This document shows, in pieces, positions 44,991-53,668 of a stretch of 64,000 nucleotides of DNA. Position 1 is the first letter of the stretch. Every line of letters starts with the position of its first letter. Below the pieces are notes generated by a model that saw nothing but the letters and a program-made list of their open reading frames with translations, was not told where the DNA came from and did no database searches. The stretch is from Escherichia phage MN01. The stretch is from the sequence record MT129652.1; one strand, 5' to 3'. The position numbers and the translations under genes were made by a program.

Positions 44991-45158
44991 ATGAAAACAT
45001 TCAAAGATTTTATCAACGAAGATATGGTTGCCGGTGATGCAGGCGGAAACCCAACTAATATCGCAACAGGTACCACTTCCGGGGCAGTTGTCAATAAAGG
45101 CCCTGAACAAATCCCATCAAAAAAGCGTAAGAACAAAGACGATAAACCTACAGTATAA
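44991..45158 (+). CDS. Hypothetical small protein with CTS-like N-terminus (MKTFKDFINED)
   Basis: 55 aa; N-terminus resembles the internal-protein capsid-targeting sequence; late promoter upstream; reading frame depends on the A-run at 45117-45124. Confidence 0.35.
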   Translation: MKTFKDFINEDMVAGDAGGNPTNIATGTTSGAVVNKGPEQIPSKKRKNKDDKPTV

Positions 45159-45190
45159 TGGTCCTTCGGGGCCATTGAAATGAGGAAACT

Positions 45191-46219
45191 ATGTCATATA
45201 TTGATAAAGAATTTGCAGTCAGAGCTTTATCGTATCAACCACGTTATAGAGAAGTCACCGGGAGCACATTTAAGGCAAACTGTCGTTGCAAGGTTTGCGG
45301 TGACTCTCAGAAAGATTCACACAAGGCCCGATTCTGGGCGTATACCAATCCGGCTGACGGTGCGGTTTACGTGAAATGTTTTAACTGTGACTACTCCACG
45401 CATATAAGCAAATACATAAAAGAGTTTGAGCCTGATTTACATCGGGAATATATGGTTGAGAAGTATAAGGAGAATGCCTTTGGCAGACAACGTAATGAAG
45501 TTGCAGAAACTCCGAAAGAACCAGAAAAAACTCCGGTTATTGAGCAACTTGCTTTTTGCGAAAGAATCGATACTTTACCAGAAGCGCATCCGATAGTTAA
45601 GTATGTAAAAAGTCGGTGTATTCCGAGCAATGTTTGGAACCGGTTATGGTTTACAAACAAATGGCCTGCATTAGTTAACTCCGTTAATCCTGGGACGTAT
45701 AAGAATGAAACGAATGAACCACGCTTGGTTATTCCTATCTTCAACGGCAAAAAAGAAATCGAATCTTTCCAAGGACGAGCTCTTCGCAAAGATGCACCAC
45801 AAAAATATATCACAATCAAAGCCCACCCAGAAGCTTCCAAAGTCTATGGTGTAGACAAGATTGACGAACGCAAGCGCGTGTGGGTAATGGAAGGTCCGAT
45901 TGATAGTTTGTTTATCCCTAACAGCATTGCGATAACCGGTGGAACATTAGCATTGGAAGCCGTTCCTTATGCAGAAACCCGAGTATGGGTAATGGACAAC
46001 GAGCCAAGACATCCTGATACGATTAAACGTATGAAGAAACTTGTTGAAGCCGGTGAAGCCGTTATGTTCTGGGACAATGCACCATGGCATACGAAAGACA
46101 TAAATGAGATGGTTAAATCAGAGGGTGCAACCCCTGAACAAATCGAATCATATATGGCCGATAACGTTACTCAAGGGCTGCTGGCGAGAATGCGACTTTC
46201 GAAGTACGCAAAAGTTTAG
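45191..46219 (+). CDS. 61: DNA primase gp61
   Basis: N-terminal zinc-binding CRCKVCGDS...CFNC, TOPRIM-like core; 342 aa as in T4. Confidence 0.9.
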   Translation: MSYIDKEFAVRALSYQPRYREVTGSTFKANCRCKVCGDSQKDSHKARFWAYTNPADGAVYVKCFNCDYSTHISKYIKEFEPDLHREYMVEKYKENAFGRQRNEVAETPKEPEKTPVIEQLAFCERIDTLPEAHPIVKYVKSRCIPSNVWNRLWFTNKWPALVNSVNPGTYKNETNEPRLVIPIFNGKKEIESFQGRALRKDAPQKYITIKAHPEASKVYGVDKIDERKRVWVMEGPIDSLFIPNSIAITGGTLALEAVPYAETRVWVMDNEPRHPDTIKRMKKLVEAGEAVMFWDNAPWHTKDINEMVKSEGATPEQIESYMADNVTQGLLARMRLSKYAKV

Positions 46220-46416
46220 GAAGGGATTCCGGTAAAGTAACCGATGATGGAATGGATATGTTCCATTGTGACCTGGGGTAAGTGTACCCCTTGTGATGCA
46301 GCGATAGGCACAACCAGTAAGTTCCACAGAAAAACATCAAGAGCTAAAAAGCCCATGATTAGTTTTTTGTCTTTCTTACTGGTTAATTTCCAAATCTGAT
46401 AGAATAATGTTCCCAT
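46216..46416 (-). CDS. Hypothetical small membrane protein, minus strand (paralog 2)
   Basis: 66 aa; GGTGG SD on the minus strand; LWNLLVVPIAASQG motif shared with the neighbouring minus-strand gene. Confidence 0.45.
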   Translation of the reverse strand: MGTLFYQIWKLTSKKDKKLIMGFLALDVFLWNLLVVPIAASQGVHLPQVTMEHIHSIIGYFTGIPS

Positions 46417-46424
46417 AGTTCCAC

Positions 46425-46622
46425 CTATACAAGGCCGATTAATGCCAGTGAAACATCTACAACCGATTCGAGCGCGACGACTGGTAATATAATACCATAT
46501 GTCAATGCAACAGGAGCAACAATGAAGTTCCAGAGTAGAACTGAACAGAGCACCGAAAGGACCAGAATCGTTCGCTTACGACTGCCTTTGATGGCTTGAA
46601 TTAGACTAGATAGTTTTAGCAT
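46425..46622 (-). CDS. Hypothetical small membrane protein, minus strand (paralog 1)
   Basis: Start at internal ATG with AGGAGG SD 6 nt upstream (minus strand); LLWNFIVAPVALTYG motif; 65 aa. Confidence 0.5.
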   Translation of the reverse strand: MLKLSSLIQAIKGSRKRTILVLSVLCSVLLWNFIVAPVALTYGIILPVVALESVVDVSLALIGLV

Positions 46623-46706
46623 ATATCCTCCTTTCTTGTATTTATGCTTCAAACCAATACGATATAATTAACATACAAATAACATGAATTGATAAGGAAA
46701 AATATA

Positions 46707-47225
46707 ATGGCTCATTTTAACGAGTGTTCTCAACTGATTGCGGGTGTTGATAAAGCTGAAGAAGCTTATGACAATGCAATTATCGAAGGTACTGACCCGC
46801 TGCAGATTATGCTTGATATGCAGAAATCTTTGCAGGTCCGGTTGGCTACTGAAAAACCAGAATATAACTCACATCCAGATGAATTGGCTACTGCAGGTGA
46901 TGTTGTTACCTGGCTCCGCAACCAGAAAGATTATATTGATGATGAATTCCGCGAACTGATTACTGCATTAGGTGGCATGTCCAATGGCGAGAAAGCTGCC
47001 TCGGCCGTATGGAAACCATGGAAAGCACAACATGGTGAAATGCAGCAAACCCTGATTAACGATTTGTCTCCTGAAGACCAGCTCGAAATTAAATTCGAAA
47101 TGATTGATATCCTGCACTTTGTTCTGAACATGTTCCATGGTCTTGGTCTATCTGCAGAAGAAATCTTTAAACTGTATTACCTGAAAAACGCTGAGAACTT
47201 TGCTCGTCAGGACCGAGGTTATTAA
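46707..47225 (+). CDS. 56: dCTP pyrophosphatase gp56 (MazG-like)
   Basis: MAHFNECSQLIAGVDKA...DPLQIMLDMQ...EDQLEIKFEMIDILHFVLNMF...NFARQDRGY closely matches T4 gp56. Confidence 0.9.
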   Translation: MAHFNECSQLIAGVDKAEEAYDNAIIEGTDPLQIMLDMQKSLQVRLATEKPEYNSHPDELATAGDVVTWLRNQKDYIDDEFRELITALGGMSNGEKAASAVWKPWKAQHGEMQQTLINDLSPEDQLEIKFEMIDILHFVLNMFHGLGLSAEEIFKLYYLKNAENFARQDRGY

Positions 47226-47506
47226 TGGCTCGTTTAAATAAACGTCAGCTTAAGAAAGCTCGTAAGAAGCATATTAATGATATAATTGAAAACGCTAATG
47301 TTGAAATCTTTGTAGAACTTTTAGCCAATCAACTAAAAAATTTATCTAAACAAGAAATTGCTATGAATACTGAAAATGCTAAAAATGTAATCGAAACTCA
47401 TAATGTTTTTGCCCAAGCTACTGCTGAATACATTGCTAATCCTACTGCTGAAAATCTAGCTAAAATGACCGAAGCCAATAAAGCAGTCCAAGCCGCCAAA
47501 TTGTAA
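47225..47506 (+). CDS. Hypothetical protein
   Basis: 93 aa; basic N-terminus. Confidence 0.5.
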   Translation: MARLNKRQLKKARKKHINDIIENANVEIFVELLANQLKNLSKQEIAMNTENAKNVIETHNVFAQATAEYIANPTAENLAKMTEANKAVQAAKL

Positions 47507-47508
47507 GT

Positions 47509-47516
47509 TATAAATA
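47509..47516 (+). promoter_or_regulatory. Late promoter (TATAAATA) for soc
   Basis: Exact TATAAATA about 32 nt upstream of the soc ATG. Confidence 0.55.
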
Positions 47517-47547
47517 CACCTGTAATTAAACATCAAAGGAGATAATT

Positions 47548-47781
47548 ATGGGTGGTTTCGTTAATATCAAAACCTTTACGCATGCAGCTGGTGAAGGTAA
47601 AGAAGTTAAAGGTACTGAGGTTTCAGTTCCATTTGAAATCTATTCTGATGCGCATCGTATTGCTAATGCTCATTATCAGACTTTCCCTTCGGCCGTTGCA
47701 GCCTATTCTACTGTAGTGACTGATGCTGCTGACTGGAAGACCAAGAATGAGGCAATGTTTACGCCGACCGATATTGTTTAA
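47548..47781 (+). CDS. soc: Small outer capsid protein Soc
   Basis: GFVNIKTF...EVSVPFEIYSDAHRIANAHYQTFPSAVAAYSTV matches T4 Soc; 77 aa. Confidence 0.85.
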   Translation: MGGFVNIKTFTHAAGEGKEVKGTEVSVPFEIYSDAHRIANAHYQTFPSAVAAYSTVVTDAADWKTKNEAMFTPTDIV

Positions 47782-47785
47782 TTAT

Positions 47786-47832
47786 AGGGACTCTTCGGAG
47801 TCCCTTTTTGCTTTTAATAGAAGCGGTATAAT
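47786..47832 (+). promoter_or_regulatory. Terminator hairpin followed by a MotA-box middle promoter
   Basis: AGGGACTC-TTCG-GAGTCCCT + TTTTT; then TTTGCTTTT, about 11 nt, TATAAT (47827-47832). Confidence 0.55.
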
Positions 47833-47857
47833 TATTTCAATTACAGAGGAGAATACT

Positions 47858-48055
47858 ATGTTAAACCGTTGGATTAAACCAAATAAAGCTTTAGATGAAA
47901 TTATTGCTCATGATGTCCATTTTAAGTATGGATTGGGTGTGTTTGATGAGGTTATCGTACATTCATTCATGATGCATGACGATGACTCTTTAGAATTCAA
48001 TATTGAAATCCGATGTGATGATGGTAAAGTTGAATTTAAACGAGGTTTCCTATGA
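47858..48055 (+). CDS. Hypothetical protein
   Basis: Internal ATG at 47858 after GAGGAGAAT SD; 65 aa. Confidence 0.4.
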   Translation: MLNRWIKPNKALDEIIAHDVHFKYGLGVFDEVIVHSFMMHDDDSLEFNIEIRCDDGKVEFKRGFL

Positions 48056-48393
48056 TTAGTTGGCTCAAGAATTTATTCAAGACTAAACCTGGTGAGGGTG
48101 TGGTTCCAGTTAACGTGCCAGATGTTAAGCTAAGAGAATATGTTTACATGGGCGACGGCATGATGGAAGAAGTGGTCAAATCGAAATCAAAAGACCTATA
48201 TTCTACAATGTCAGAAGAAGACTTACAAAAACGTTTAACTCGACTGCAAGAACAAAGAGCTCAAGCGCAAAGCAGTATCGATACTACTTCGATTGTGGTC
48301 ACCGCTGCTGCAGTCAGTTCGTGGACCGGTGATTCGTCTTATTCCTCCTATGATTCGGGAAGCTGTGATTCGTCTTCCAGCTCGTGTGATTAA
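48052..48393 (+). CDS. Hypothetical protein with Ser-rich C-terminus
   Basis: 113 aa; C-terminal SSWTGDSSYSSYDSGSCDSSSSSCD. Confidence 0.45.
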   Translation: MISWLKNLFKTKPGEGVVPVNVPDVKLREYVYMGDGMMEEVVKSKSKDLYSTMSEEDLQKRLTRLQEQRAQAQSSIDTTSIVVTAAAVSSWTGDSSYSSYDSGSCDSSSSSCD

Positions 48394-48588
48394 ATGAGAA
48401 TTACAAGTTGGCTTAAAGATTGGTTGGTTACTCCAGGGATTGATGATTCCTGGGTGGCCAGAGCCGAGGAAGAAATGCAGCGCGAAGCCGAAGAATGGGC
48501 CGTTAACGGGCTTAAAGCCATGCAGGAAAAGAAGACCGAACGAGCAGCGCTTAAACTGATGCGTGATATCTACGGAGATAAATCATGA
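48394..48588 (+). CDS. Hypothetical protein
   Basis: 64 aa; N-terminus [10 protein letters not shown] resembles MISWLKNLFK of the upstream gene. Confidence 0.4.
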   Translation: MRITSWLKDWLVTPGIDDSWVARAEEEMQREAEEWAVNGLKAMQEKKTERAALKLMRDIYGDKS

Positions 48589-48734
48589 CACAAGAAGACG
48601 CTGAACGCCGGGCAAAAGAAGCGCTGGATTTGCTTTTGAAAATTGGCAGTAAAATGATGGAAGAAAACGAAAAGTACATCAAGGAAAATAAAGTTCCTGA
48701 TGGTCCATTAGTTGGTAAGAGGAAATCATTATGA
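48585..48734 (+). CDS. Hypothetical small protein (49 aa)
   Basis: ATGA overlaps at both ends. Confidence 0.35.
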   Translation: MTQEDAERRAKEALDLLLKIGSKMMEENEKYIKENKVPDGPLVGKRKSL

Positions 48735-49219
48735 AAGTATATGAATTAGAATTCTATGTCCGTGATTCCGCTGGACAGACACGACCTTACGATGCTACCG
48801 CATGCCTTATCATGGTTTACAATGGCATGGATTCGGTCACTGCATTGGAAACAAAATTAATGAACCTGACGATGCCAGAAAACGTTATGCTGAAAGTATT
48901 TCATAGAAAAAACGTTAATGTGGCCGAAGGGTGCCCGTTTACTGTTTCCGAAGCTCTGCACATCAAAGGCTATCGTTATCCGGACCATTATGCAGAAGGA
49001 ACCGCGGATATTTTCTATAAAGATACTGATAAAAATTCCAATGAACGTCTTCAGGGTCGCACTTATCTGATTTCTGCACCTGAAGACCTTACTGAAGTCG
49101 AACGTCAGATTTGGAAACACTTTGATATCGGCTTGCGCTTTACTTTAACAGAAGAAGCTCTGCGCGATACTAAAATGCGTGCTCGTATGTATGGTTACGG
49201 TCCTATCGGTGGTTACTAA
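48731..49219 (+). CDS. Hypothetical protein (mrh position)
   Basis: 162 aa; position between soc and the modA/modB-like genes. Confidence 0.5.
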   Translation: MKVYELEFYVRDSAGQTRPYDATACLIMVYNGMDSVTALETKLMNLTMPENVMLKVFHRKNVNVAEGCPFTVSEALHIKGYRYPDHYAEGTADIFYKDTDKNSNERLQGRTYLISAPEDLTEVERQIWKHFDIGLRFTLTEEALRDTKMRARMYGYGPIGGY

Positions 49220-49398
49220 TGGATTTATTTGAACTTTTTGAAGAGCCTAAAGCTCCTACGGAAGCCCGTGTTGACCTAGTTGACGAACTTGATGCGATTA
49301 TACAGAAGCACGGTTTTAGCCTCCCAATGGAAGTTCTACGCGACCTGGCCTCATATTATGACGACCCACCTCCATGGGCACCATGGGTGAAACAATGA
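49219..49398 (+). CDS. Hypothetical small acidic protein (59 aa)
   Basis: TAATG overlap; ends PPPWAPWVKQ. Confidence 0.35.
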   Translation: MDLFELFEEPKAPTEARVDLVDELDAIIQKHGFSLPMEVLRDLASYYDDPPPWAPWVKQ

Positions 49399-49649
49399 AC
49401 TGGTTAACAAATATTCCCACATCGGCGCTGGATATCGACCGTAAACATGCTCATAAGGAAATCGAGCAACAAAAAATTAATCGGTTACAAAGGCTTAAGA
49501 CTGAATCCGAGACAATTAAAGCCGAACGACCGACAGAATCGAAAAGTTCTTACTCATCATATCAATCTCCTAACTCATCATATCAATCTCCTATTGGCAT
49601 GGCCGTAGACATTGCAGTCTTTGGCGTTCCACTTGGAGTGTTTAAGTAG
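49395..49649 (+). CDS. Hypothetical protein with SSYSSYQSPNSSYQSP repeat and hydrophobic tail
   Basis: Internal ATG at 49395; 84 aa. Confidence 0.35.
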   Translation: MNWLTNIPTSALDIDRKHAHKEIEQQKINRLQRLKTESETIKAERPTESKSSYSSYQSPNSSYQSPIGMAVDIAVFGVPLGVFK

Positions 49650-49705
49650 TTTACTTACTCCCCTCCTAATGACATAATGGTCTTTCTTACAACAGAGAGA
49701 CCATT

Positions 49706-50266
49706 ATGAACATCATCAAATCTGATACCGAACCCAACCAGTTAAAATTTAGTGAAATGGAGATAGCTTCATTATTTGAATGCCGCACATCAAAGGTTGA
49801 TAAGACCTTGCATTCAAATGTCAACTCAATCATCAAGTCAAGGTTGTCTATACCCGATACAGTCTTGTGGCGCGGAGTAACCCAGCAAGAGATTGATTTG
49901 TTAGATGAAGCAAAAGAATCAATGCAACCTTTTGAATTTGGACGGGTAACCTCCTTTACAGAAGACTATGGTATTGCCAGGGATTTTGCTGCAATGGAAT
50001 ATGTGACTAGGACTATCGTCAGATTGAATCAGACCAAAGCTTTTTGTTACCATGATGCGATGCGCAAAATCGCGCTTGACGTTCCACTGGAATTCTTCAA
50101 TACAGCTTCTGGTTCCGCCCGGGCAGCTACATTAAGGCGCGAAGAATACATGGACATGATTGATTCTGAGCTTGAATGGTTTGTTCCAGTTGACCAGAAA
50201 TTCGTGGTAGTTGACGCTGGATTTGTTGGTGATTATTATGTTCTTGACTGTGTACAAGAGCAATAA
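49706..50266 (+). CDS. ADP-ribosyltransferase, ModA/ModB-like (first copy)
   Basis: R-S-ExE triad candidates LWRGVT, TSFT, ELEWFVP; 186 aa; tandem with a paralog. Confidence 0.6.
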   Translation: MNIIKSDTEPNQLKFSEMEIASLFECRTSKVDKTLHSNVNSIIKSRLSIPDTVLWRGVTQQEIDLLDEAKESMQPFEFGRVTSFTEDYGIARDFAAMEYVTRTIVRLNQTKAFCYHDAMRKIALDVPLEFFNTASGSARAATLRREEYMDMIDSELEWFVPVDQKFVVVDAGFVGDYYVLDCVQEQ

Positions 50267-50310
50267 GACACGTTAAGATGTTCCTATCAACTACTGATGA
50301 GGATAATAAA

Positions 50311-50925
50311 ATGCTGTACACTGATGACGTTTTGAATGGAATTATTGACACTGCCGCTTCTAGCGAGTCTTTTCGTGACCAATGTCAAGCTGAGATTGAT
50401 GCTCTTTATACAGATAATGAGCAATCAGTACTCTGGCAGTGTATGGAAAATAAACCCGACCTGATTCAAGAAGACTTGTCCAGGATTATCCGCAACAATC
50501 TGAATACTGCACCGCCGGCAGCATTGTTCCGTGGTATATCAAAGAAAACCATGGAATACCTGGAAGATTTAAGATATGTTGGTGCAATAATTGAGTTCAA
50601 CCGTGTGATGAGTTTTTCCAGAGACTGGCAGGTTGCAAGAAATTTTGCATCATACAGTTTCTATGGCACAAGGAACATTTTCTGTATAAACAATGCACCA
50701 TATGCGTATAACTATCAGGAAGCAATCTTCAAAATGATTTGCGGTGCTCCTCCCGAAGAGTTCAATGGTGCATATCCAGAAGCAACCAGGAAGTCAAACC
50801 TACACCTGGTTAATGATGAGGATGAGTTTATGTTTCCCGCTGGGACTACGCTTCGCGTAGACTTGATTGAAACTCACCCATTGAATAACCTTTATACTGT
50901 TTGGCATTTGACTGTTTTGAACTAA
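50311..50925 (+). CDS. ADP-ribosyltransferase, ModA/ModB-like (second copy)
   Basis: LFRGIS, MSFS, DEDEFMFP motifs; 205 aa; family-B leader upstream. Confidence 0.6.
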   Translation: MLYTDDVLNGIIDTAASSESFRDQCQAEIDALYTDNEQSVLWQCMENKPDLIQEDLSRIIRNNLNTAPPAALFRGISKKTMEYLEDLRYVGAIIEFNRVMSFSRDWQVARNFASYSFYGTRNIFCINNAPYAYNYQEAIFKMICGAPPEEFNGAYPEATRKSNLHLVNDEDEFMFPAGTTLRVDLIETHPLNNLYTVWHLTVLN

Positions 50926-50982
50926 CCAAAGACCTTAGAACCATTATACGCAGTAAAAATAAAAGCGTTAAAGGTGAAAAAG

Positions 50983-51060
50983 TAGTGTACATGAAAGATG
51001 AACAGTGTATAATAATTTCATACTGAGTTACCAAATCGTCCGTAAGATGAGAAAAATAAC
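50983..51060 (+). promoter_or_regulatory. Promoter-leader cassette, family A variant
   Basis: GTGTACATGAAAGATGAACAGTGTATAATAATTTCATACTGAGTTACCAAAT. Confidence 0.45.
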
Positions 51061-51804
51061 ATGAATATGTCAAAAGAAGAGTTTGAATTAAAAGTTTACA
51101 AACGTCGCGAGCATACCAAAACGTCTGCAAAACGTCGTAACAAGGATTTCAATCTGTCTAGTAAGTATATTGCTAATCTTTTGAAACAAGAATTCTGTGC
51201 GTATTCTGGTGAACGTTTTGATGAAAATTCAACTCAAGATAAAGTTTCCTTTGAACGCTTTAACAATGATATAGGTTATATTGAAGGCAATGTTATCCCT
51301 GTCAAAACTAAGTACAACGGTTTACGTGCTGATTTATCTCTTGATGAACTTAAACGTGCACAGACTCGTTTGGCGGTGCGTATTAATGGCGGTTCTAAGA
51401 TGCCCAATAGTTTTAAAGTAACTCCTGATGGCTATTATAAAATTCGCAAAATTGTTAAAAATATTAAAGATACTGAACGTGGAATCAAGAAGCGTCAAAA
51501 ACATTTAAAAGAGCTTTATAAAAGTGGCGCTAAAGATACCACCCCTTCTGTGATTGCAGTCAAGGCTCGTATACATGGACAAATGGCTTCCATTGGAACT
51601 AGTCAACGTGGACTGAAAATGGTTATGGGTGGTCCTGACTGGCGTCTGAAAATGAAATCATCTGACGCTGAAACGCGTTACGATATGTATGATAAAATTA
51701 TTCAAGGTCTGGAGCGTTTAGATAAGTTGTCATTCATTGACCGTCTTAAACTGAAACGTGGCCTGCCTTTGAACGCGTCAATTTTTAAACTGATTAGAGG
51801 TTAA
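51061..51804 (+). CDS. srd: Srd-like protein
   Basis: 247 aa basic protein at the T4 srd position (between the modA/modB-like genes and dda.1/dda); no motif confirmed. Confidence 0.4.
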   Translation: MNMSKEEFELKVYKRREHTKTSAKRRNKDFNLSSKYIANLLKQEFCAYSGERFDENSTQDKVSFERFNNDIGYIEGNVIPVKTKYNGLRADLSLDELKRAQTRLAVRINGGSKMPNSFKVTPDGYYKIRKIVKNIKDTERGIKKRQKHLKELYKSGAKDTTPSVIAVKARIHGQMASIGTSQRGLKMVMGGPDWRLKMKSSDAETRYDMYDKIIQGLERLDKLSFIDRLKLKRGLPLNASIFKLIRG

Positions 51805-51805
51805 T

Positions 51806-52105
51806 GTGATGTACTACGCATATGTGCTGGTCCACAAAGATAAAGATGGTTTTGAACACCCATTGGAGTATAATGGAAAGGTTACCTTATACACCACAAA
51901 AGCGGGCGCAGAATATGAACTTGCCAACTATTCATATACTACAAACCGATATTTAAGTATGGGACGTATTGAAACCAGTTACATTCCCAGGAAGTGGTGG
52001 TTTGATAAACGGGAAACAAAAACAGTTTTTCCTACTGAAGAACACGCACGAGAATTGAAACAGGTTTTATATACTTTATATGTTAAGCGAGTAAAATTGG
52101 CATGA
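51806..52105 (+). CDS. Hypothetical protein (dda.1 position)
   Basis: 99 aa; ATGA overlap with the dda start. Confidence 0.5.
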   Translation: MMYYAYVLVHKDKDGFEHPLEYNGKVTLYTTKAGAEYELANYSYTTNRYLSMGRIETSYIPRKWWFDKRETKTVFPTEEHARELKQVLYTLYVKRVKLA

Positions 52106-53430
52106 TTAAATTTGAAGACTTGAACACAGGACAAAAAGAAGCTTTTGATTATATCACTGAAGCTATTCAGCGACGTTCAGGGGAATGTATCACTCTGAAT
52201 GGTCCAGCTGGCACAGGTAAGACCACTCTGACAAAATTTGTCATTGACCACTTAGTGCGTAATGGAGTTATGGGAATTGTGCTCGCTGCACCAACTCACC
52301 AGGCGAAAAAAGTTTTATCTAAATTGTCTGGTCAAACAGCGAATACAATCCATAGTATCTTGAAGATTAACCCGACCACATATGAAGACCAAAACGTTTT
52401 TGAACAGCGCGAAATGCCTGACATGTCAAAATGTAATGTTCTGGTTTGCGATGAAGCAAGTATGTATGACGGGTCTCTGTTTAAGATTATTCTTAACTCT
52501 GTTCCTGAATGGTGTACTATTCTTGGGATTGGTGATATGCACCAGCTGCAGCCGGTTGACCCAGGAAGTACACAACAAAAGATAAGTCCATTCTTTACGC
52601 ATCCTAAGTTCAAACAGATTCATTTGACTGAGGTCATGCGAAGCAATGCTCCTATCATTGAAGTGGCGACAGAAATTCGCAATGGTGGTTGGTTCCGCGA
52701 CTGTATGTATGAAGGTCATGGCGTGCAAGGTTTCACCTCACAAACTGCTTTAAAGGATTTCATGGTAAACTATTTCAGTATTGTAAAAGATGCTGATATG
52801 TTGATGGAAAACAGGATGTATGCATACACGAATAAATCAGTTGAAAAACTGAACAATATTATTCGTCGCAAGCTATATGAAACGGATAAAGCATTTTTAC
52901 CGTATGAAGTCCTGGTTATGCAAGAGCCGCACATGAAAGAGCTGGAATTTGAAGGTAAGAAATTCAGCGAAACCATTTTTAATAATGGTCAGTTGGTTCG
53001 CATCAAGGATTGCAAATACACTTCCACCATTCTCCGTTGTAAAGGCGAATCGCACCAGTTAGTGATTAATTACTGGGACCTGGAAGTTGAGTCAATTGAT
53101 GAAGATGAAGAATATCAGGTTGACCGCATTAAAGTTTTACCAGAAGACCAGCAACCAAAATTCCAGGCATATCTGGCGAAAGTTGCTGACACATACAAAC
53201 AGATGAAAGCCGCTGGTAAACGTCCAGAGTGGAAAGACTTCTGGAAAGCGCGCAGGACCTTTTTGAAAGTTCGTGCTCTTCCGGTCAGTACAATCCACAA
53301 GGCCCAGGGCGTTTCAGTGGACAAAGCATTCATCTATACTCCATGCATCCATATGGCCGAAGCTTCATTAGCGAGCCAGTTGGCTTATGTTGGAATCACA
53401 CGAGCGAGGTACGACGCATATTATGTATAA
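52102..53430 (+). CDS. dda: DNA helicase Dda (SF1B)
   Basis: Walker A GPAGTGKTT; LAAPTHQAKKVLSKLSG...; C-terminal TIHKAQGVSVDKAFIYTP; strong match to T4 Dda; 442 aa. Confidence 0.95.
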   Translation: MIKFEDLNTGQKEAFDYITEAIQRRSGECITLNGPAGTGKTTLTKFVIDHLVRNGVMGIVLAAPTHQAKKVLSKLSGQTANTIHSILKINPTTYEDQNVFEQREMPDMSKCNVLVCDEASMYDGSLFKIILNSVPEWCTILGIGDMHQLQPVDPGSTQQKISPFFTHPKFKQIHLTEVMRSNAPIIEVATEIRNGGWFRDCMYEGHGVQGFTSQTALKDFMVNYFSIVKDADMLMENRMYAYTNKSVEKLNNIIRRKLYETDKAFLPYEVLVMQEPHMKELEFEGKKFSETIFNNGQLVRIKDCKYTSTILRCKGESHQLVINYWDLEVESIDEDEEYQVDRIKVLPEDQQPKFQAYLAKVADTYKQMKAAGKRPEWKDFWKARRTFLKVRALPVSTIHKAQGVSVDKAFIYTPCIHMAEASLASQLAYVGITRARYDAYYV

Positions 53431-53668
53431 AGTACATAAAGAAGATTTAGATAATCTTATCTATGGTATTCAGGACGCGGTTGAATTTTTCGAAGATAAT
53501 CCGACTATCGTCGTGCAGGGTAATTACGTTTTGCTGGAACTGAATCTTATTCGGAAACGTATGGCCGCGATTGAATATTTTAACAATGAAGAGCCAGGGA
53601 TTTTTATCTCCGACTATGTTGCTGGTGAAATTCAGAAATTAAAAGAGATGTGCGATGGTTGCTGGTGA
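53423..53668 (+). CDS. Hypothetical protein (dexA.1 position); C-terminus altered by tandem duplication
   Basis: Internal ATG at 53423; reading frame runs into the second copy of the 40-bp repeat and ends ...EMCDGCW. Confidence 0.45.
   Translation: MYKVHKEDLDNLIYGIQDAVEFFEDNPTIVVQGNYVLLELNLIRKRMAAIEYFNNEEPGIFISDYVAGEIQKLKEMCDGCW

Noticed and set aside
45180-45374. 64-aa + strand ORF overlapping the primase start
   Set aside because: It is out of frame with the well-supported gene 61 (ATG at 45191, zinc-finger N-terminus) and Arg-rich, so it is an overlapping alternative frame.
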